From contig OX597841.1 in assembly GCA_951406725.2 (NCBI GenBank), positions 12,400,001-12,464,000 of the forward strand: a DNA stretch of 64,000 nucleotides, read 5' to 3'. Numbering within the stretch: position 1 is the stretch's first letter; every line of letters begins with the position of its first letter. Under the pieces are notes generated by a model that saw only the letters and a list, made by a program, of their open reading frames with translations, made no database searches and was not told where the DNA came from. A program made the translations under genes and the position numbers. Shown in pieces: positions 29,015-43,307 of this stretch. The DNA comes from Octopus vulgaris. Its lineage: Eukaryota.

Positions 29015-30436
29015 TTACCAGATAAAAGCAACACCCGATTCCTACAACTGGATATCGAGGATTACTACGCCTCTATATCGGAGAGCTTGCTGATCGATGC
29101 GATTAACTTCGCCAGGAGGTCCTCCACCATCACCGAGGCCGAGCAAGATGTGATCCTCCACGCACGTAAGACTTTTCTTTTCTATGACGGATCCCACTGG
29201 ATCAACAAAAAATCTGTGACCCCCTTCGACGTCAGCATGGGTGCTAACGACTCTGCTGAAATAAGTGACCTAGTGGGCCTTTTCATCCTCCATAGGCTGA
29301 AAACCCTATTCACAGGCCTCTCCGGTGGTCTTTACCGAGATGACGGCCTTTTCGCCCTCCACAATATAAACCCCAGGACCACGGATGGGTTCCGGAAAAA
29401 TCTTCACACCTTCTTTAAAAACTTAGGCCTTAGGATTACCCTAGAATCCAACTTAACTAAGGCTAACTTCCTAGATGTCACCCTCGACTTAAAAACCTCA
29501 CTTTATTACCCGTACCACAAACCAAATGAATCCCTTAGATATATAGATATCAATTCCAACCACCCCAGAAATATATTAGATAACCTAGTAAAAAGTGTCT
29601 CAATTAGAATCTCTAGCCTGTCCGCCACGGAAGATATCTTTAAGGCCGCAGCCCCCTATTACAACGAGGCCCTGGCCCGCAGTGGTTTTAAAGATAAGAT
29701 TACCTACACTAGTATAGCCCCACGCCAACCCAGGAAAAATAGACGAAGACACATTAGCTGGTACAACCCCCCCTTCAACCGTGAGGTCGCTACACCTGTA
29801 GCTAAGATCTTTTTCACTCTCCTACAGAAACACTTCCCCACCCAACATAAGTACTACACTATCCTAAATAAGAACACTATTAGACTCTCCTACTCTACCA
29901 CGCCCAACCTAGCCAGGAACCTAGCCAACAACAATGTGAAAAAACTTAACATATCTACTTTCTCCGGGGCCCATCCAACGTCCGATAGCAATTGCAACTG
30001 CCATGATAAAACCACCTGCCCCCTCAACAACAACTGCCTACAGAGGGACCTAGTATATAAATGCGAGGTAAGATCAGGCCTTGACGATAAAAGTAAATCC
30101 TACATTGGAATGACGTCAAACAGCTTTAAGACCCGCTGGTATGCACACACACACTCGTTCCGGCGACAGGATAAACCCAACCAAACTACCCTCGCCGCCC
30201 ACATCTGGTACCTTAAAAGGAACTCAATCCCCTTCAAGACCAAGTGGAAACTACTACAGAAGGCGCGCTCGTACACAGGAGGACATACCTGCTGTGACCT
30301 ATGCATATCAGAGAGCCTAGAGATCTTGTTCGCCAAAGGCCCTCTCCTTAACAAATTTTCAGAACACTCCCCAAATTGTATGCATAAGAAGTATGCGAAC
30401 TACAAGAACTATAGACCTACCCGGCAACCTGATTGA
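29015..30436 (+). CDS. Penelope-like element polyprotein, 5'-truncated: RT (motif A onward) + Cys-rich linker + GIY-YIG endonuclease
   Basis: Open frame upstream of 29087 reads FLQLDIEDYYASIS; then FDVSMGA, LYRDDGL, NFLDVTLDL, YxxxxSNHP, CNCxxKxxCPLxxxC, VYKCEV...YIGMT...FKTRW..H, CDLCISE, LLN; no stops or frameshifts over 1.4 kb. Confidence 0.93.
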   Translation, partial: LPDKSNTRFLQLDIEDYYASISESLLIDAINFARRSSTITEAEQDVILHARKTFLFYDGSHWINKKSVTPFDVSMGANDSAEISDLVGLFILHRLKTLFTGLSGGLYRDDGLFALHNINPRTTDGFRKNLHTFFKNLGLRITLESNLTKANFLDVTLDLKTSLYYPYHKPNESLRYIDINSNHPRNILDNLVKSVSIRISSLSATEDIFKAAAPYYNEALARSGFKDKITYTSIAPRQPRKNRRRHISWYNPPFNREVATPVAKIFFTLLQKHFPTQHKYYTILNKNTIRLSYSTTPNLARNLANNNVKKLNISTFSGAHPTSDSNCNCHDKTTCPLNNNCLQRDLVYKCEVRSGLDDKSKSYIGMTSNSFKTRWYAHTHSFRRQDKPNQTTLAAHIWYLKRNSIPFKTKWKLLQKARSYTGGHTCCDLCISESLEILFAKGPLLNKFSEHSPNCMHKKYANYKNYRPTRQPD

Positions 30437-30677
30437 TGACAACCCCCCCTACAACCCCCCCACAAACCCCCCCCCCAACCCCACTGTTCCCCTAGCACCC
30501 CCGATTACCTTTTCTCCTAAGACCTTTCACATATTATATGTGCACGCTTGTATATGTGTATCGTATGTATGTATGTATATTTGTATAGAAATGCATGGGT
30601 ACAGTAGGAATATACGCATGTATTATGTGTGTGTGTGTGTATGTATGCATGTAAAAAAATATATATGTATATATATT

Positions 30678-30734
<57 letters not shown>

Positions 30735-31106
30735 GCTTGTATGTGTGTGTGTGTGTATATGTGTATATGTGTTTGTATGTATATGTGTATATATGTATAT
30801 GCATATGTATGTGTAAATGTATGTGCTTATGTATGTGTATGTATGTATAAAATATTATATAATTAGGGATTAGGAAAATAAAATAAATTACTTTGCCACA
30901 TACTAAACTTTCTAGAAATAGCAGCCAATAAAGTTTTTTAGCCTCTTCCACTACTTAGAGAATTTTTTTCCCTCTAACATTGTTTACTCAAAATAATAAT
31001 GGTCCCTTTACATACTGAACACTTGATGAAATTGATTAATAACTAATTAACTTTACCCTCCCTTGTTGATATATATATACATATGTATATGTGTACGTGT
31101 ATGTGT

Positions 31107-31137
<31 letters not shown>

Positions 31138-31393
31138 CGTGTATGTGTGTATGTATGTATGTATTTGTATATATGTGTGTGTGTATATGTATGTGTGCGC
31201 GTGTGTGTGTATGTATGTGTATACTTGTATATGTATATGCATGAATGTATATATATGTGTGTGTATGTGTGTATTATTATGTATGTATTTATATGGATAT
31301 GTAGTTTATATATATATATGTATGTATATGCATCTGTCTGTGTGTGTGTATGTGTATATATGTGTATCATTTTTGCGTATGTATACATGTATA

Positions 31394-31434
<41 letters not shown>

Positions 31435-31635
31435 ATATATATGTATATGTATATATATGCATACGTATGTGTATGTACATGTATATATGTATGTGTGTAT
31501 ATGTATATATGTTTATATATGTGAGTATGTAGTGATATAAGTATATGCATGTGTATGTATGGGTATGTGTATCAGTGTATATGTATATATGTATGTGTGT
31601 GTGTATGTATATGTATGTATGTGTGTATATATGTA

Positions 31636-31672
<37 letters not shown>

Positions 31673-32093
31673 TGTGTATATATGTGTGTATGTATGTGTA
31701 TGTGTATGTATGCGTATGTGTATCTATGTATGTATATGTATGTGTATATATATGTATATATATGTGTATATATATATATATGTATATATATATATGTATA
31801 TATATATATATGAGTGCGTGTGTGTATGTATGCATATATGTATGTATGCATGTATATGTGTATGTATATATATGTGTGTAAGTGTGTGCATATATGTATT
31901 TGTAAGTATGTGTGCGCGTATGAGTATGTATGTATGCTTGCACACGTGTGTATATATATGTGTGTGTGTGTATATATATGGATGCGCGTGCGTGTGTGCA
32001 CGTGTATGGGTACGCATGTATATGTGTATGTGCGTGTATGCGTATACGTGTATGTATGTATGTGTGTGCGTGGATTTGTATATGTATGTGTGA

Positions 32094-32125
<32 letters not shown>

Positions 32126-32370
32126 GCATATATATAGATGGGTGTGTGTATGCGTATAAATGCATGTAAGTATGGATGTATGGATGTATGTATGTATGTA
32201 TACGTATGTATGTGTGTATGTGTGTATGTATATATATATGTGTGTATATATGTTTGTGTATGTATATATATGTGTATGTATGTGTGTGTATATGTATGTG
32301 TGTATGTGTATGTATGTGTATGTATATATATATGTATATATATATATATATATATATGTGTATGCATGTA

Positions 32371-32405
<35 letters not shown>

Positions 32406-33322
32406 GTATGTATCTGTATGTAGGAGTATATATGTGTGTGTGTGTATGTATATGCGGGTATATATATATATATATATATGTATATTTATTGGTGTATATG
32501 TATAGTCTAGCCTCCTAAAGTGTAGACACGAATCTGTAGGTACGAGTACGTATGTGTATATACGTGAACGTATGTAGATGTTTGTATGTATGAATATAAC
32601 GCGTGCGTACGTGTATGTGTATGAGTGTACGAATGGGTGAATGTACGTGCTAATGAGTGTGCGTGCGGGAATGAGTACTTGCCTTCTAGTAGACAGACAA
32701 ATGGACTGCAGCCATTGCCAGGATTCTTAGCCCTAGCGATCAAAGATAACAAAAGTAATAAATGAAGATAATAAAATTAAAATTAGGGAATGGGCCTGTA
32801 TTGGATTGTATATATATATATATGTATATGTATATTTGTATGTATGTATGTGTGTATGTGTAGGTATGTATATGTATGTATATATATGTATATATGTATA
32901 TGTGTGTGTATATATATGTGTATGTATGTATGTGTGTGTAGATACGTATACATGTGTGTATAGGTATAAGTGAGAATCTCCTTATTTACCTATAACTCTA
33001 TCCCCCCTTTTTTTTATATATATATTTTTGTATATATATATTTTATATATATATTTTTTTATATATATTTTTTATATTTTTTATTTTTTTATTTTTTTAT
33101 TTTATTTTATTTTTTTATTTTTTATTTTTTACTTTTTATTTTTTATATTTTTTTATTTTTTTATTTTTTTATTTATCTATTCCTTCATCTAACTTACCAC
33201 TGACTCCTTGACCACTCCCCCAAGTATGATATTTTGCGCTATGCCTACCCCCAAAAAGTCCCCCACCACCACTCCTTTAAACCTGCCTAAATGTATAAAT
33301 GCTAATACAATTCTTGTTAAAT

Positions 33323-33373
33323 AGCTTCCTGAAGATTTCTCTTGAATGAAACAGTACTAGTCCTGTAGAAGCT
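33323..33373 (+). ncRNA. Type I hammerhead ribozyme in putative Penelope pLTR
   Basis: AGCTTC-CTGAAGA-TTTC TCTT GAAT-GAAA-CAG TACTAGTC CTG-TA-GAAGCT; perfect 6-bp stem I, palindromic ACTAGT in loop III. Confidence 0.9.
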
Positions 33374-33456
33374 CCTTCTATATAATAAATTAATTTTACT
33401 CTGCTATGTATTGAGTACCTTACTTACTGTGGTTAACCCCGAATCAACCCGGGACC

Positions 33457-33571
<115 letters not shown>

Positions 33572-33721
33572 TTATATATACATGTATATATACATACGCA
33601 TCTTTATCTACATATTTACATATATATGCACATACGTACATGTTTGTATATCTACAGACACATACACATATGCACACGTTTTCAAAAATGCTTCGGGCAA
33701 AGAAGAACACTTTCCTTCCTC

Positions 33722-33782
<61 letters not shown>

Positions 33783-33944
33783 AAGTAGATTATAAAAGGA
33801 GATTTATTTTTATTATATCATGCTAAGTTACACAATCTTTACACGTGTTTCACTAGCAAATACTATGATGTTGTGTGACTGCACGTGCTCGATGTTCAGC
33901 TTTTAAACCATTCCGGTTTCAACTCTAATGTTAATCACACTAAA

Positions 33945-34302
33945 CTCTGATCACGAGCAAAAGTAGTGGGGGAGCATCATAGCCATATGTTGAGAGGAAT
34001 TCTTTGGGATTTGGATAATTCACATTTGGAAACATGGGTGTTTCGTTCAACATCCTTAAACGAACCTTATTCAGGGACCTTTTGAGCGGGATGGACTACT
34101 CGACCAGAAGAAAATTCTACCTGGGCTCCACCTGCAAGGTCTTGTGCTGTTTATCTTGATATGAGATCACCATGTCGCGCACATATGGCTGTGATGCATG
34201 TGCCTGGTGCACCCTTACCAGACAGGTAGTCATGATGGGTATACTGGGCTTCATATATTTGTACCCCAGTGTCACTTTGATGGTATGCACTGCTCTCTCA
34301 CT
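33945..34302 (+). mobile_element. (TAA)n-tailed interspersed repeat (same family as 20499)
   Basis: Shared ~140-bp block; ends CTCTCTCACTAAATAATAAT. Confidence 0.7.
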
Positions 34303-34303
34303 A

Positions 34304-34365
<62 letters not shown>

Positions 34366-34394
34366 TGATGATGATGACAATAATAAAAATAATG

Positions 34395-34455
<61 letters not shown>

Positions 34456-34481
34456 TGATAATGACAATAATAAAAATAATG

Positions 34482-34531
<50 letters not shown>

Positions 34532-34700
34532 TGCCGGATCTTATGTGATTTTCCCATACTGACCATTCTATTGAATCAAAGAGGCCTGATATGATTACAG
34601 AGGACAGAATAAGCAATATAAGATTATAGATTTTGCAGATATAGAAGTCGATAGCAGAGAAGTGGCAAACGTTGTGAGATATCAAGATGTAGCCATTAGC
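34532..34700 (+). pseudogene. R4/Dong-type RLE fragment immediately after (TAA)n
   Basis: CRILCDFPI(fs)TDHSIESKRPDMI...IIDFA...RYQDVAI. Confidence 0.7.
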
Positions 34701-34891
34701 TTCTCCGATCATATGCAGCCCTGTGTGCCCTGCTCCCGAGCACACACCATTACGTCTCAGGGAGCGATCTTGAGTAAGACGCTCCCAAGAAGAGGGACCG
34801 AGGTTACACTGTTTACAAGGTTGTCCTGAACGCGTCCTACAGTCTTTACACACACACACACACAGACACACACACACACACACACACACAC

Positions 34892-34928
<37 letters not shown>

Positions 34929-35352
34929 TCAGCCTAATTTCCAGATATAGCATACTATGGCTGTGTGGTACGAGTTTTGCTCCTCTACCACAAGGTTTCG
35001 GGTTCGGTCTCATTGCATGGCACCTCGAACATCTACATTTTTTATCTTTCCAGCTCATACTTGATATATAGGGGTCAACCCCCATCAGGAGAGCCTCTAC
35101 CCTAACCCTAACCCTTCAGAAGTTGGGAACCTTTTCAAAAATACATTTGAAAATTTCTTAAAAGAAAAAAACAGAAAAGAAAATATCTAAACCGTTGGCA
35201 AAATATTTCAGTTCTTAATTGCGGTCATTGCCCCCGGGCCGCCACAATGTTGTGAGTGAATACATACATATGTATGTGTGTGTGTACGTATGTATGTACA
35301 CATGTATGTATGTCTGTGTGTATGTATGTACTTATTTATGTATGTATGTATG

Positions 35353-35386
<34 letters not shown>

Positions 35387-35832
35387 TGTATGTATGTATG
35401 TATGTATGTATGTATGTATGTATGTATGTATGTATGTATGTATGTATGTATGTATGTATGTATGTATGAATGTATGTATGTATGTATGTATGAATGTATG
35501 TATGTATGTATGTATGCATGCATGTATGTATGCATGCATGTGTGTATGGATGGATGGAAATATGTATATATGTATACATGCATATATGTAGGTAGGTAGG
35601 TATGCAGGCTTGTATGTATGTGTTTGTGTGTATCTTTGTATTCGTCACATTCCCACTACTTGAGAAACGGTGTTGGTTGTTTTACGTCCCCGTAACGTAG
35701 CGCTTCGCCGGAAAATACCGACAGCATAAGTACAAGGATATGAAAAGAACAAACAAAAACAGAAATCCTTCGTGGCAGTGCTCCAGCTTGGCCACAATCG
35801 AATGACTGAATCAAGAGAGAGATAAAAGCTAT

Positions 35833-35877
<45 letters not shown>

Positions 35878-35879
35878 AC

Positions 35880-36060
35880 GGCAATGCTGGAGAGCAGAGC
35901 CACCTATTGGCTATGTGTCACGTCACTCTGCACGTCATCGCCTGTCAGTCAAGTCGGTTTCTCTAGAAACAGGGCGGAGCAATGTGCGAATTCTGCTGGC
36001 GTTGGGCTGTGACGTATCTGGTGTAGTGGGCGTGGTTACATAAACCTTGTCGATGACGGA
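35880..36060. promoter_or_regulatory. Promoter/enhancer-like island
   Basis: ATTGG (CCAAT), three TGACGT/ACGTCA CRE half-sites, GGGCGG and GGGCGTGG GC boxes in about 180 bp of unique sequence. Confidence 0.35.
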
Positions 36061-36091
36061 GGAGGCGGTGGTGGTGGGGGTGGGTGTATTA

Positions 36092-36137
<46 letters not shown>

Positions 36138-36409
36138 GTAAAAGATGCGCGTGTTTGTGTGTGTTTAGCGTATGTATGTGTATGGAGATGTGCGTACCGA
36201 GTTAGAAACTACACGGTATACGCAGACACACTACAATATATCATGAATATGCACATTCACTTACACATACACACATACATTCATACATACATATATTCAT
36301 ACATACATATATTCATACATACATACATACATTCATACATACACACACACATACATACACACACACATACATACATACATCCATACATATATACATACAT
36401 TCTTACATG

Positions 36410-36441
<32 letters not shown>

Positions 36442-36568
36442 CATACATACATACGCACATACATACATAAATAAGTACATACATACACACAGACATACAT
36501 ACATGTGTACATACATACATGCATACATACATGTGTACATACATACATGCATACATACGAACGTACGT

Positions 36569-36617
<49 letters not shown>

Positions 36618-36737
36618 CACATCCATATACACACACAGGTATGTTGATAAACAAAAAATAGAATTCAAAATAGAATTATTTTCTTATTAATATTTATCAG
36701 AAGTAACAGAGTGACTCAAGGTACGAGAGTTTCGTGA

Positions 36738-36770
<33 letters not shown>

Positions 36771-37080
36771 CGTATGCTTGTGTGTCTGTGTTGTCCCCCC
36801 CCGCCACTATCGCTTGACAACTGATGTTGGTGTGTTTACGTCCCCGTAACATAGCGGTTCGGCAAAAGATACCGATAGAATAAGTACTAGGCTTACAGAA
36901 AATAAGTCCCAGGGTGGAATTGTTCGACTAAAGGCGGTGCTCCAGCATGGCCGCACTCAAATGACTGAAACCAGTAAAAGAATAAAAGAATAAGAGAATA
37001 AGGGAATAAGAGAATAAAAGAATAAACGAATATATATATATATATGATAGAGATAGACAGACGCATAAATTGATGGCTAT

Positions 37081-37130
<50 letters not shown>

Positions 37131-37178
37131 ACATTCCTACATAGATGTGTGTGTGTGTGTCGTGTTGGTTAATGTAGT

Positions 37179-37210
<32 letters not shown>

Positions 37211-37599
37211 TGATGATTATGTGATCACGTGTTCGTTGCTTCGCCCCAGGTGAATCTTTTAAACAACGAAGTCTTTAGTAAGAAGCCTTCCATCCTCGAC
37301 CATTCCGTCGACGCTTTCTTTTCGTAGTATTATCTATCGTGTCTCCACATAGAAGATAGTCAAAAGGGAGGTTTTTTCAGTTGCTTTGACTGCTATTTCC
37401 AGCGGCCACACGCAGACCCTTACCGCCTTGACTACATTCCGGTGGTGGCGGCGGCGGGGGTGGTGACCGGGGGTGTGGTGGGGGTGGGGGTGGAGGTGGA
37501 GAAGGTGTGAAGCGTTGTTGATGCGATTGAGTCGAGTGGTTGGTGATTGTGGTCGGCTCCAGTTGCCGCCAGTTTGTTTGAAGTCCCACTTGTCACCGC

Positions 37600-38339
37600 C
37601 ACCACCACCACCACCACCACTACGCCCCCTACTCCACCCTCCACCCTCCACCCTTCCCAACAACCGAGGGAAGGGGCGGTGGGAGGAGGAGGAGAGAAAC
37701 TACCACCGTCATCATCATCATCAACATCATCATCACCACCAGCAGCCGCATCAATGGGGGGTGTCGGGGTATGGGTGTGGGCAGCACTCCCCCCCCATGA
37801 GAATAGTCGTGGTGGTGGTGGTGGTGGTGGTAGTACAAGCAGCAACAGCAGTGGTCGTATCACCACCACCACCACAGCCACCACCAATACCGCCATCATG
37901 GACATTGAACATCATCATCATCATCATCAACATTTCAATCAGCATCCGCCTCGTCCTCATCGTCGTCGTCATCATCATTGTCATCTTCCTCCTCCTCCGC
38001 TTCTTCTTCCTCCTCCTCCTCTTATCTTCTCTTCCCTTCCTCCTCTTCCTCCCCTCCATCATCATTATCATCATTATTGTTGTCATCCTTCTCTTCTCTT
38101 CCCTTCCTCCCCTCCATCATCTTCATCATCAACATTTCAATCAGCATCCGCCTCATCCTCATCGTCGTCATCATCATTGTCATCTTCCTCCTCCTCCGCT
38201 TCTTCTTTCTTCTCCTCCTCCTCCTCCTCCTCCTCTTCCTCCCCTCCATCATCATCATCATCGTCGTTGTCGTCATCAACATCGTTATCTCCATCATCAT
38301 CATCATCGTTGCTCGTAGTTGTAACATCAATCACCCTAG

Positions 38340-38388
<49 letters not shown>

Positions 38389-38722
38389 GGTGGTGTCGGC
38401 AGTAGTGGTGGGTGGGTGATCGGGTGTTGGGTGGGTGTCGGTGGCAGTGCTTTCGCCGTTTCTCACTGTTGTGATGTTGTAGTAACGGTGTGGATGGGAC
38501 TTTCGCCGAATCTGCCCAGAATTCTATCAACATTTACCTTCGCTGCCCCCCCCCCCCCACCGCCTCCACCGCCTCCACCAACACCACTGAGCCTACTACA
38601 ACCCACACACAACCACCACCACAACCACCACCACAACCACCGACTGTACTATAAACCATTATCACGCACCTATTTACTGGTTATTACCACCACCACCACA
38701 ACCACAACTGCTGCTGCTGCTG

Positions 38723-38778
<56 letters not shown>

Positions 38779-38782
38779 GCTG

Positions 38783-38813
<31 letters not shown>

Positions 38814-38950
38814 CACGGTAAGTTATTACATTCCTAATATCAATTTTACGGTTTGGACATCATCAATATCATCCCCACCTCCACCACCACCACCACCACC
38901 ACCACCACCTCCACCACCACCCTTCTCATCGTCGTCGTCGTCGTCATCGC
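37600..38950. repeat. Mixed trinucleotide low-complexity region (CAT/CCT/CAG/ACT/CCA) with internal ~140-bp duplication (37925-38070 / 38127-38260)
   Basis: CATCAACATTTCAATCAGCATCCGCCTC... occurs twice; ORFs are homopolymeric in all frames. Confidence 0.85.
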
Positions 38951-39208
38951 TTCGTTCCTTCTTCCAATGTCCATTTTTACATTTGTGCGTCTCTAGAATT
39001 AATTGTTAGTAATAGTTGTTGTTGTTGATGTTGCTGTTGTTTATAGCCCAAGGTCAAGCTTCATCCAACGAGCTTGTGGCAAAAGCGTTCCAGATGTGAC
39101 CATCGCCTATCACTTTCGTTTCTTTTTAAAAGGTCGTTCGTGTGAATCGTGAGGAAGTGGCTGCTGTTTCTAGTACTTTCAGGTCTCCTTTGTGTGGCAA
39201 GACGAACT

Positions 39209-39258
<50 letters not shown>

Positions 39259-39355
39259 TGTGTGTCTGGGGGGTATACATACATAGACACATATATATGA
39301 TTATATACATGTATACATGCACACAGATATTTGTCTACGATCAAAGTTTAGTGTG

Positions 39356-39387
<32 letters not shown>

Positions 39388-39558
39388 ACACACACAGTTG
39401 CAGGTGTAGCTGTGTGTTAAGAAGATTGCTTCCCAACTACATGGTTCTGGGTTCAGTCCCACTGCCTGGCACATTGGTCGAGTGTCTTCTACTTTAGACT
39501 CGGGCCAACCAAAGCCTTGTGAGTGGATTTGGTAGACGGAAACCGAAAGAAGCCCATC

Positions 39559-39601
<43 letters not shown>

Positions 39602-39623
39602 ACACACACACACACATATATAT

Positions 39624-39680
<57 letters not shown>

Positions 39681-39694
39681 TATTTATATGTATA

Positions 39695-39896
39695 TATACA
39701 AAAAGTCTTATAATTATAAGCATGATTATAATTAAGGCTTAGCAAAATTTCTTCACCATTCACCGAAATTTAGAAATAGCAGTTAAATAGTAATAGAATA
39801 GAATTTAACTGCTATTTCTAAATTTCGGTGTGTGGTGAAGCAATTTTGCTAAGCCTTAATTATAATTATGTTTATAATTATAATAATTTTTGTATA
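39695..39896. repeat. Palindrome, ~94-bp arms with 14-bp spacer
   Basis: ...AATTAAGGCTTAGCAAAATT...CACCGAAATTTAGAAATAGCAGTTAAAT / ATTTAACTGCTATTTCTAAATTTCGGTG...AATTTTGCTAAGCCTTAATT. Confidence 0.92.
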
Positions 39897-40060
39897 AATT
39901 TATCGATAATGGTTCTTTTAACATACCGAACTACTTGGTTAAAATTATTAATTATTAATTGATTAATTAATATGCAGAATTGCAGCGTTGAAGATGTTTG
40001 TAAGCCATTTAAAAAACACACAGAAACCGTTAGTTTCACTTCAACATTTAAATTTAATTT

Positions 40061-40108
40061 GTATCAAAATATTTTCGCCACTTTGAAACCGCGACCTGTT
40101 CACTGGCA
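40061..40108 (-). ncRNA. Hammerhead-like motif with G3-C8 swapped core
   Basis: Minus: TGCCA-GTGAACA-GGTCGC GGTTTCAAA GTGGC-GAAA-ATAT-TT-TGATAC; palindromic stem III AATATT; stems I and II partly wobble-paired. Confidence 0.6.
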
Positions 40109-40282
40109 AAAACTTCTTGCTAAAATTTTATAATTAATTTATAAGTACAAAAGAAGGTGCACGAATTATAAATTAGTTTTAAATCAATTATCGATTATGC
40201 AATTGTGTTTTTTAGCCATTTAACAGCATTATTGCTTGCTGGCCACTAATATTGATGTTAATTATCTAAATATTTACTGCTG

Positions 40283-40351
<69 letters not shown>

Positions 40352-40711
40352 TCTATATTATTTTCATTTGAATATTTACTCATTTACACACACACATACA
40401 CACACACATATAAAAAGGCTGATGTGTGTTTTGAAACAACACTACCATTACTCAGAAAATCTCATCCAAAATTAACACACTATCTCCAAATATTCCCAAA
40501 ATAATGCAAGAAAAAAGTCCTGAGTCCCTTGGTTTCTTGGGAGAAAGGGGGGGGATTAAAAAAAAATTAAAATGGAAGACTGATAGTTGTATTAAGGTGG
40601 TTGTAGAGTAAAAGTGTTAGTGGGATCTACAGAAGCGCCTGTTTATGACGTCATATTTTTTCTTTCTCTATTCTCTCATTTCTCTTCTGCTCAATCCTCC
40701 TTCTGTCAGCC

Positions 40712-40768
<57 letters not shown>

Positions 40769-41329
40769 CAAAGTTTATATATGATGTTGTTATACCAGTA
40801 GTCGCCGTCGTGGACATTGCACTGGTTTCAAGGACCTCTTTCAGTTTCCGTCTACCGAATCCACTCAGAAGGCTTTGTTCTGCCCGGGGCTGTAGGAGAA
40901 GACACTTGCCCAAGGTGCCACGTAATGGAACCGAACCTGGAACCAAATGGTTGGGAAGCGAACTTCTAACCACACAGACTATATCCTGATCATGTCTGCG
41001 TATTCTCAACTTTGAGAATAGAATTTCATTGAGGAGTTCTAGTAAGGCAGGAACATGTCAATTTCTTTCCCTTTTGGCTTTAAATCTTCTACACCACTCC
41101 AATGCGATTAACTCCTGGGGGAGATTTTGTCTGGTAATTGTAAGGATAATCACAATAAACTGAAGATTTATTCACGTCGCTTTATATCATACCCACAATT
41201 CCATGCGGCAGTGGTATGGTAACAACACAACTACACACACACACACACACACACATTAGCATTATCGCAAGCATCGTTTTCCCCTTCCCTCCAACCACAA
41301 ACCCTCCTACCCCTTCTCTCCTTCTCGTC

Positions 41330-41430
41330 ATCATCATCGCCGTCATCATCATCAACATCATCATTATTAACTCCACCACCACCACCACCACCACCACAAC
41401 CACCACCATCATCATCATCACCATCATCAT

Positions 41431-41462
<32 letters not shown>

Positions 41463-41467
41463 TCATC

Positions 41468-41531
<64 letters not shown>

Positions 41532-41536
41532 TCATC

Positions 41537-41570
<34 letters not shown>

Positions 41571-41613
41571 TCATCATCACCACCACCATCATCATCATCA
41601 TCATCATCATCAT

Positions 41614-41645
<32 letters not shown>

Positions 41646-41650
41646 TCACC

Positions 41651-41747
<97 letters not shown>

Positions 41748-41853
41748 TCCACCACCACCACCATCATCATCATCACCATCATCATCACCACCACCACCAC
41801 CACCATCATCACCACCACCACCACCACCACCACATCATCATCATCATCATCAT

Positions 41854-41885
<32 letters not shown>

Positions 41886-41893
41886 TCATCACC

Positions 41894-41957
<64 letters not shown>

Positions 41958-41988
41958 TCATCACCACCACCATCATCATCATCATCAT

Positions 41989-42038
<50 letters not shown>

Positions 42039-42047
42039 CACCACCAC

Positions 42048-42109
<62 letters not shown>

Positions 42110-42110
42110 T

Positions 42111-42142
<32 letters not shown>

Positions 42143-42207
42143 TCATCACCACCACCACCACCATCATCACCATCATCATCACCACCACCACCATCATCAT
42201 CATCATC

Positions 42208-42271
<64 letters not shown>

Positions 42272-42338
42272 TCACCACCACCACCACCACCATCATCACC
42301 ACCACCACCACCACCACCACCATCATCACCATCATCAT

Positions 42339-42370
<32 letters not shown>

Positions 42371-42405
42371 TCATCACCACCACCACCACTATCATCATCA
42401 TCACC

Positions 42406-42439
<34 letters not shown>

Positions 42440-42474
42440 TCACCACCACCACCACCACCATCATCACCACCACC

Positions 42475-42508
<34 letters not shown>

Positions 42509-42540
42509 CCACCACCACCATCATCACCATCATCATCATC

Positions 42541-42574
<34 letters not shown>

Positions 42575-42581
42575 TCATCAT

Positions 42582-42613
<32 letters not shown>

Positions 42614-42653
42614 TCATCACCACCACCACCACCACCATCATCACCATCATCAT

Positions 42654-42718
<65 letters not shown>

Positions 42719-42753
42719 CCACCACCACCATCATCATCATCACCATCATCATC

Positions 42754-42787
<34 letters not shown>

Positions 42788-42875
42788 TCACCACCACCAC
42801 CATCATCATCATCATCACATCATCATCACCACCACCACCATCATCATCATCAACATCATCATAACCACCACCACC

Positions 42876-42926
<51 letters not shown>

Positions 42927-42930
42927 GTCA
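41330..42930. repeat. 1.6-kb (CAT)n/(CAC)n interleaved trinucleotide array
   Basis: Directly visible; gives poly-I/T, poly-H and poly-S/P ORFs. Confidence 0.97.
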
Positions 42931-43171
42931 AATTCATAGCCTCTCGCCACCGTTGTTTCCCGACTAGTGTGGTTGTTGTTGTTGTTGTTCTGCCACCCGT
43001 TTCTAGACCCCGGGTACCTTTCAACAGTTTTAATTCAGTACAGATGCCCAAAATTTCGAAATTATTTCTCACATCCGGGCTTCATGCACAAACACACGCG
43101 CAAGTATACATACATACTACACACATCCGTGTGTGTGTGTTTATATATAATTACATGTATATACATCTTAT

Positions 43172-43248
<77 letters not shown>

Positions 43249-43307
43249 TGTAAAAAATGAAGTTCGAAAATGCTGCTGTATTATACAATTTTTAATTTTT
43301 ATATATA

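Noticed and set aside
35098-35116. Telomere-like CCCTAA repeats
   Set aside because: Only two to three units; too short for an interstitial telomere call.
37473-39009. Overlapping 280-340-aa His/Pro/Ser-rich ORFs
   Set aside because: Trinucleotide low-complexity sequence with an internal duplication; no recognisable domain or splice structure.
41216-42967. 583-aa extensin-like Ser/Pro/His/Thr ORF
   Set aside because: Pure CAT/CAC repeat, open in several frames and both strands, with frame switches; no codon diversity or domain.
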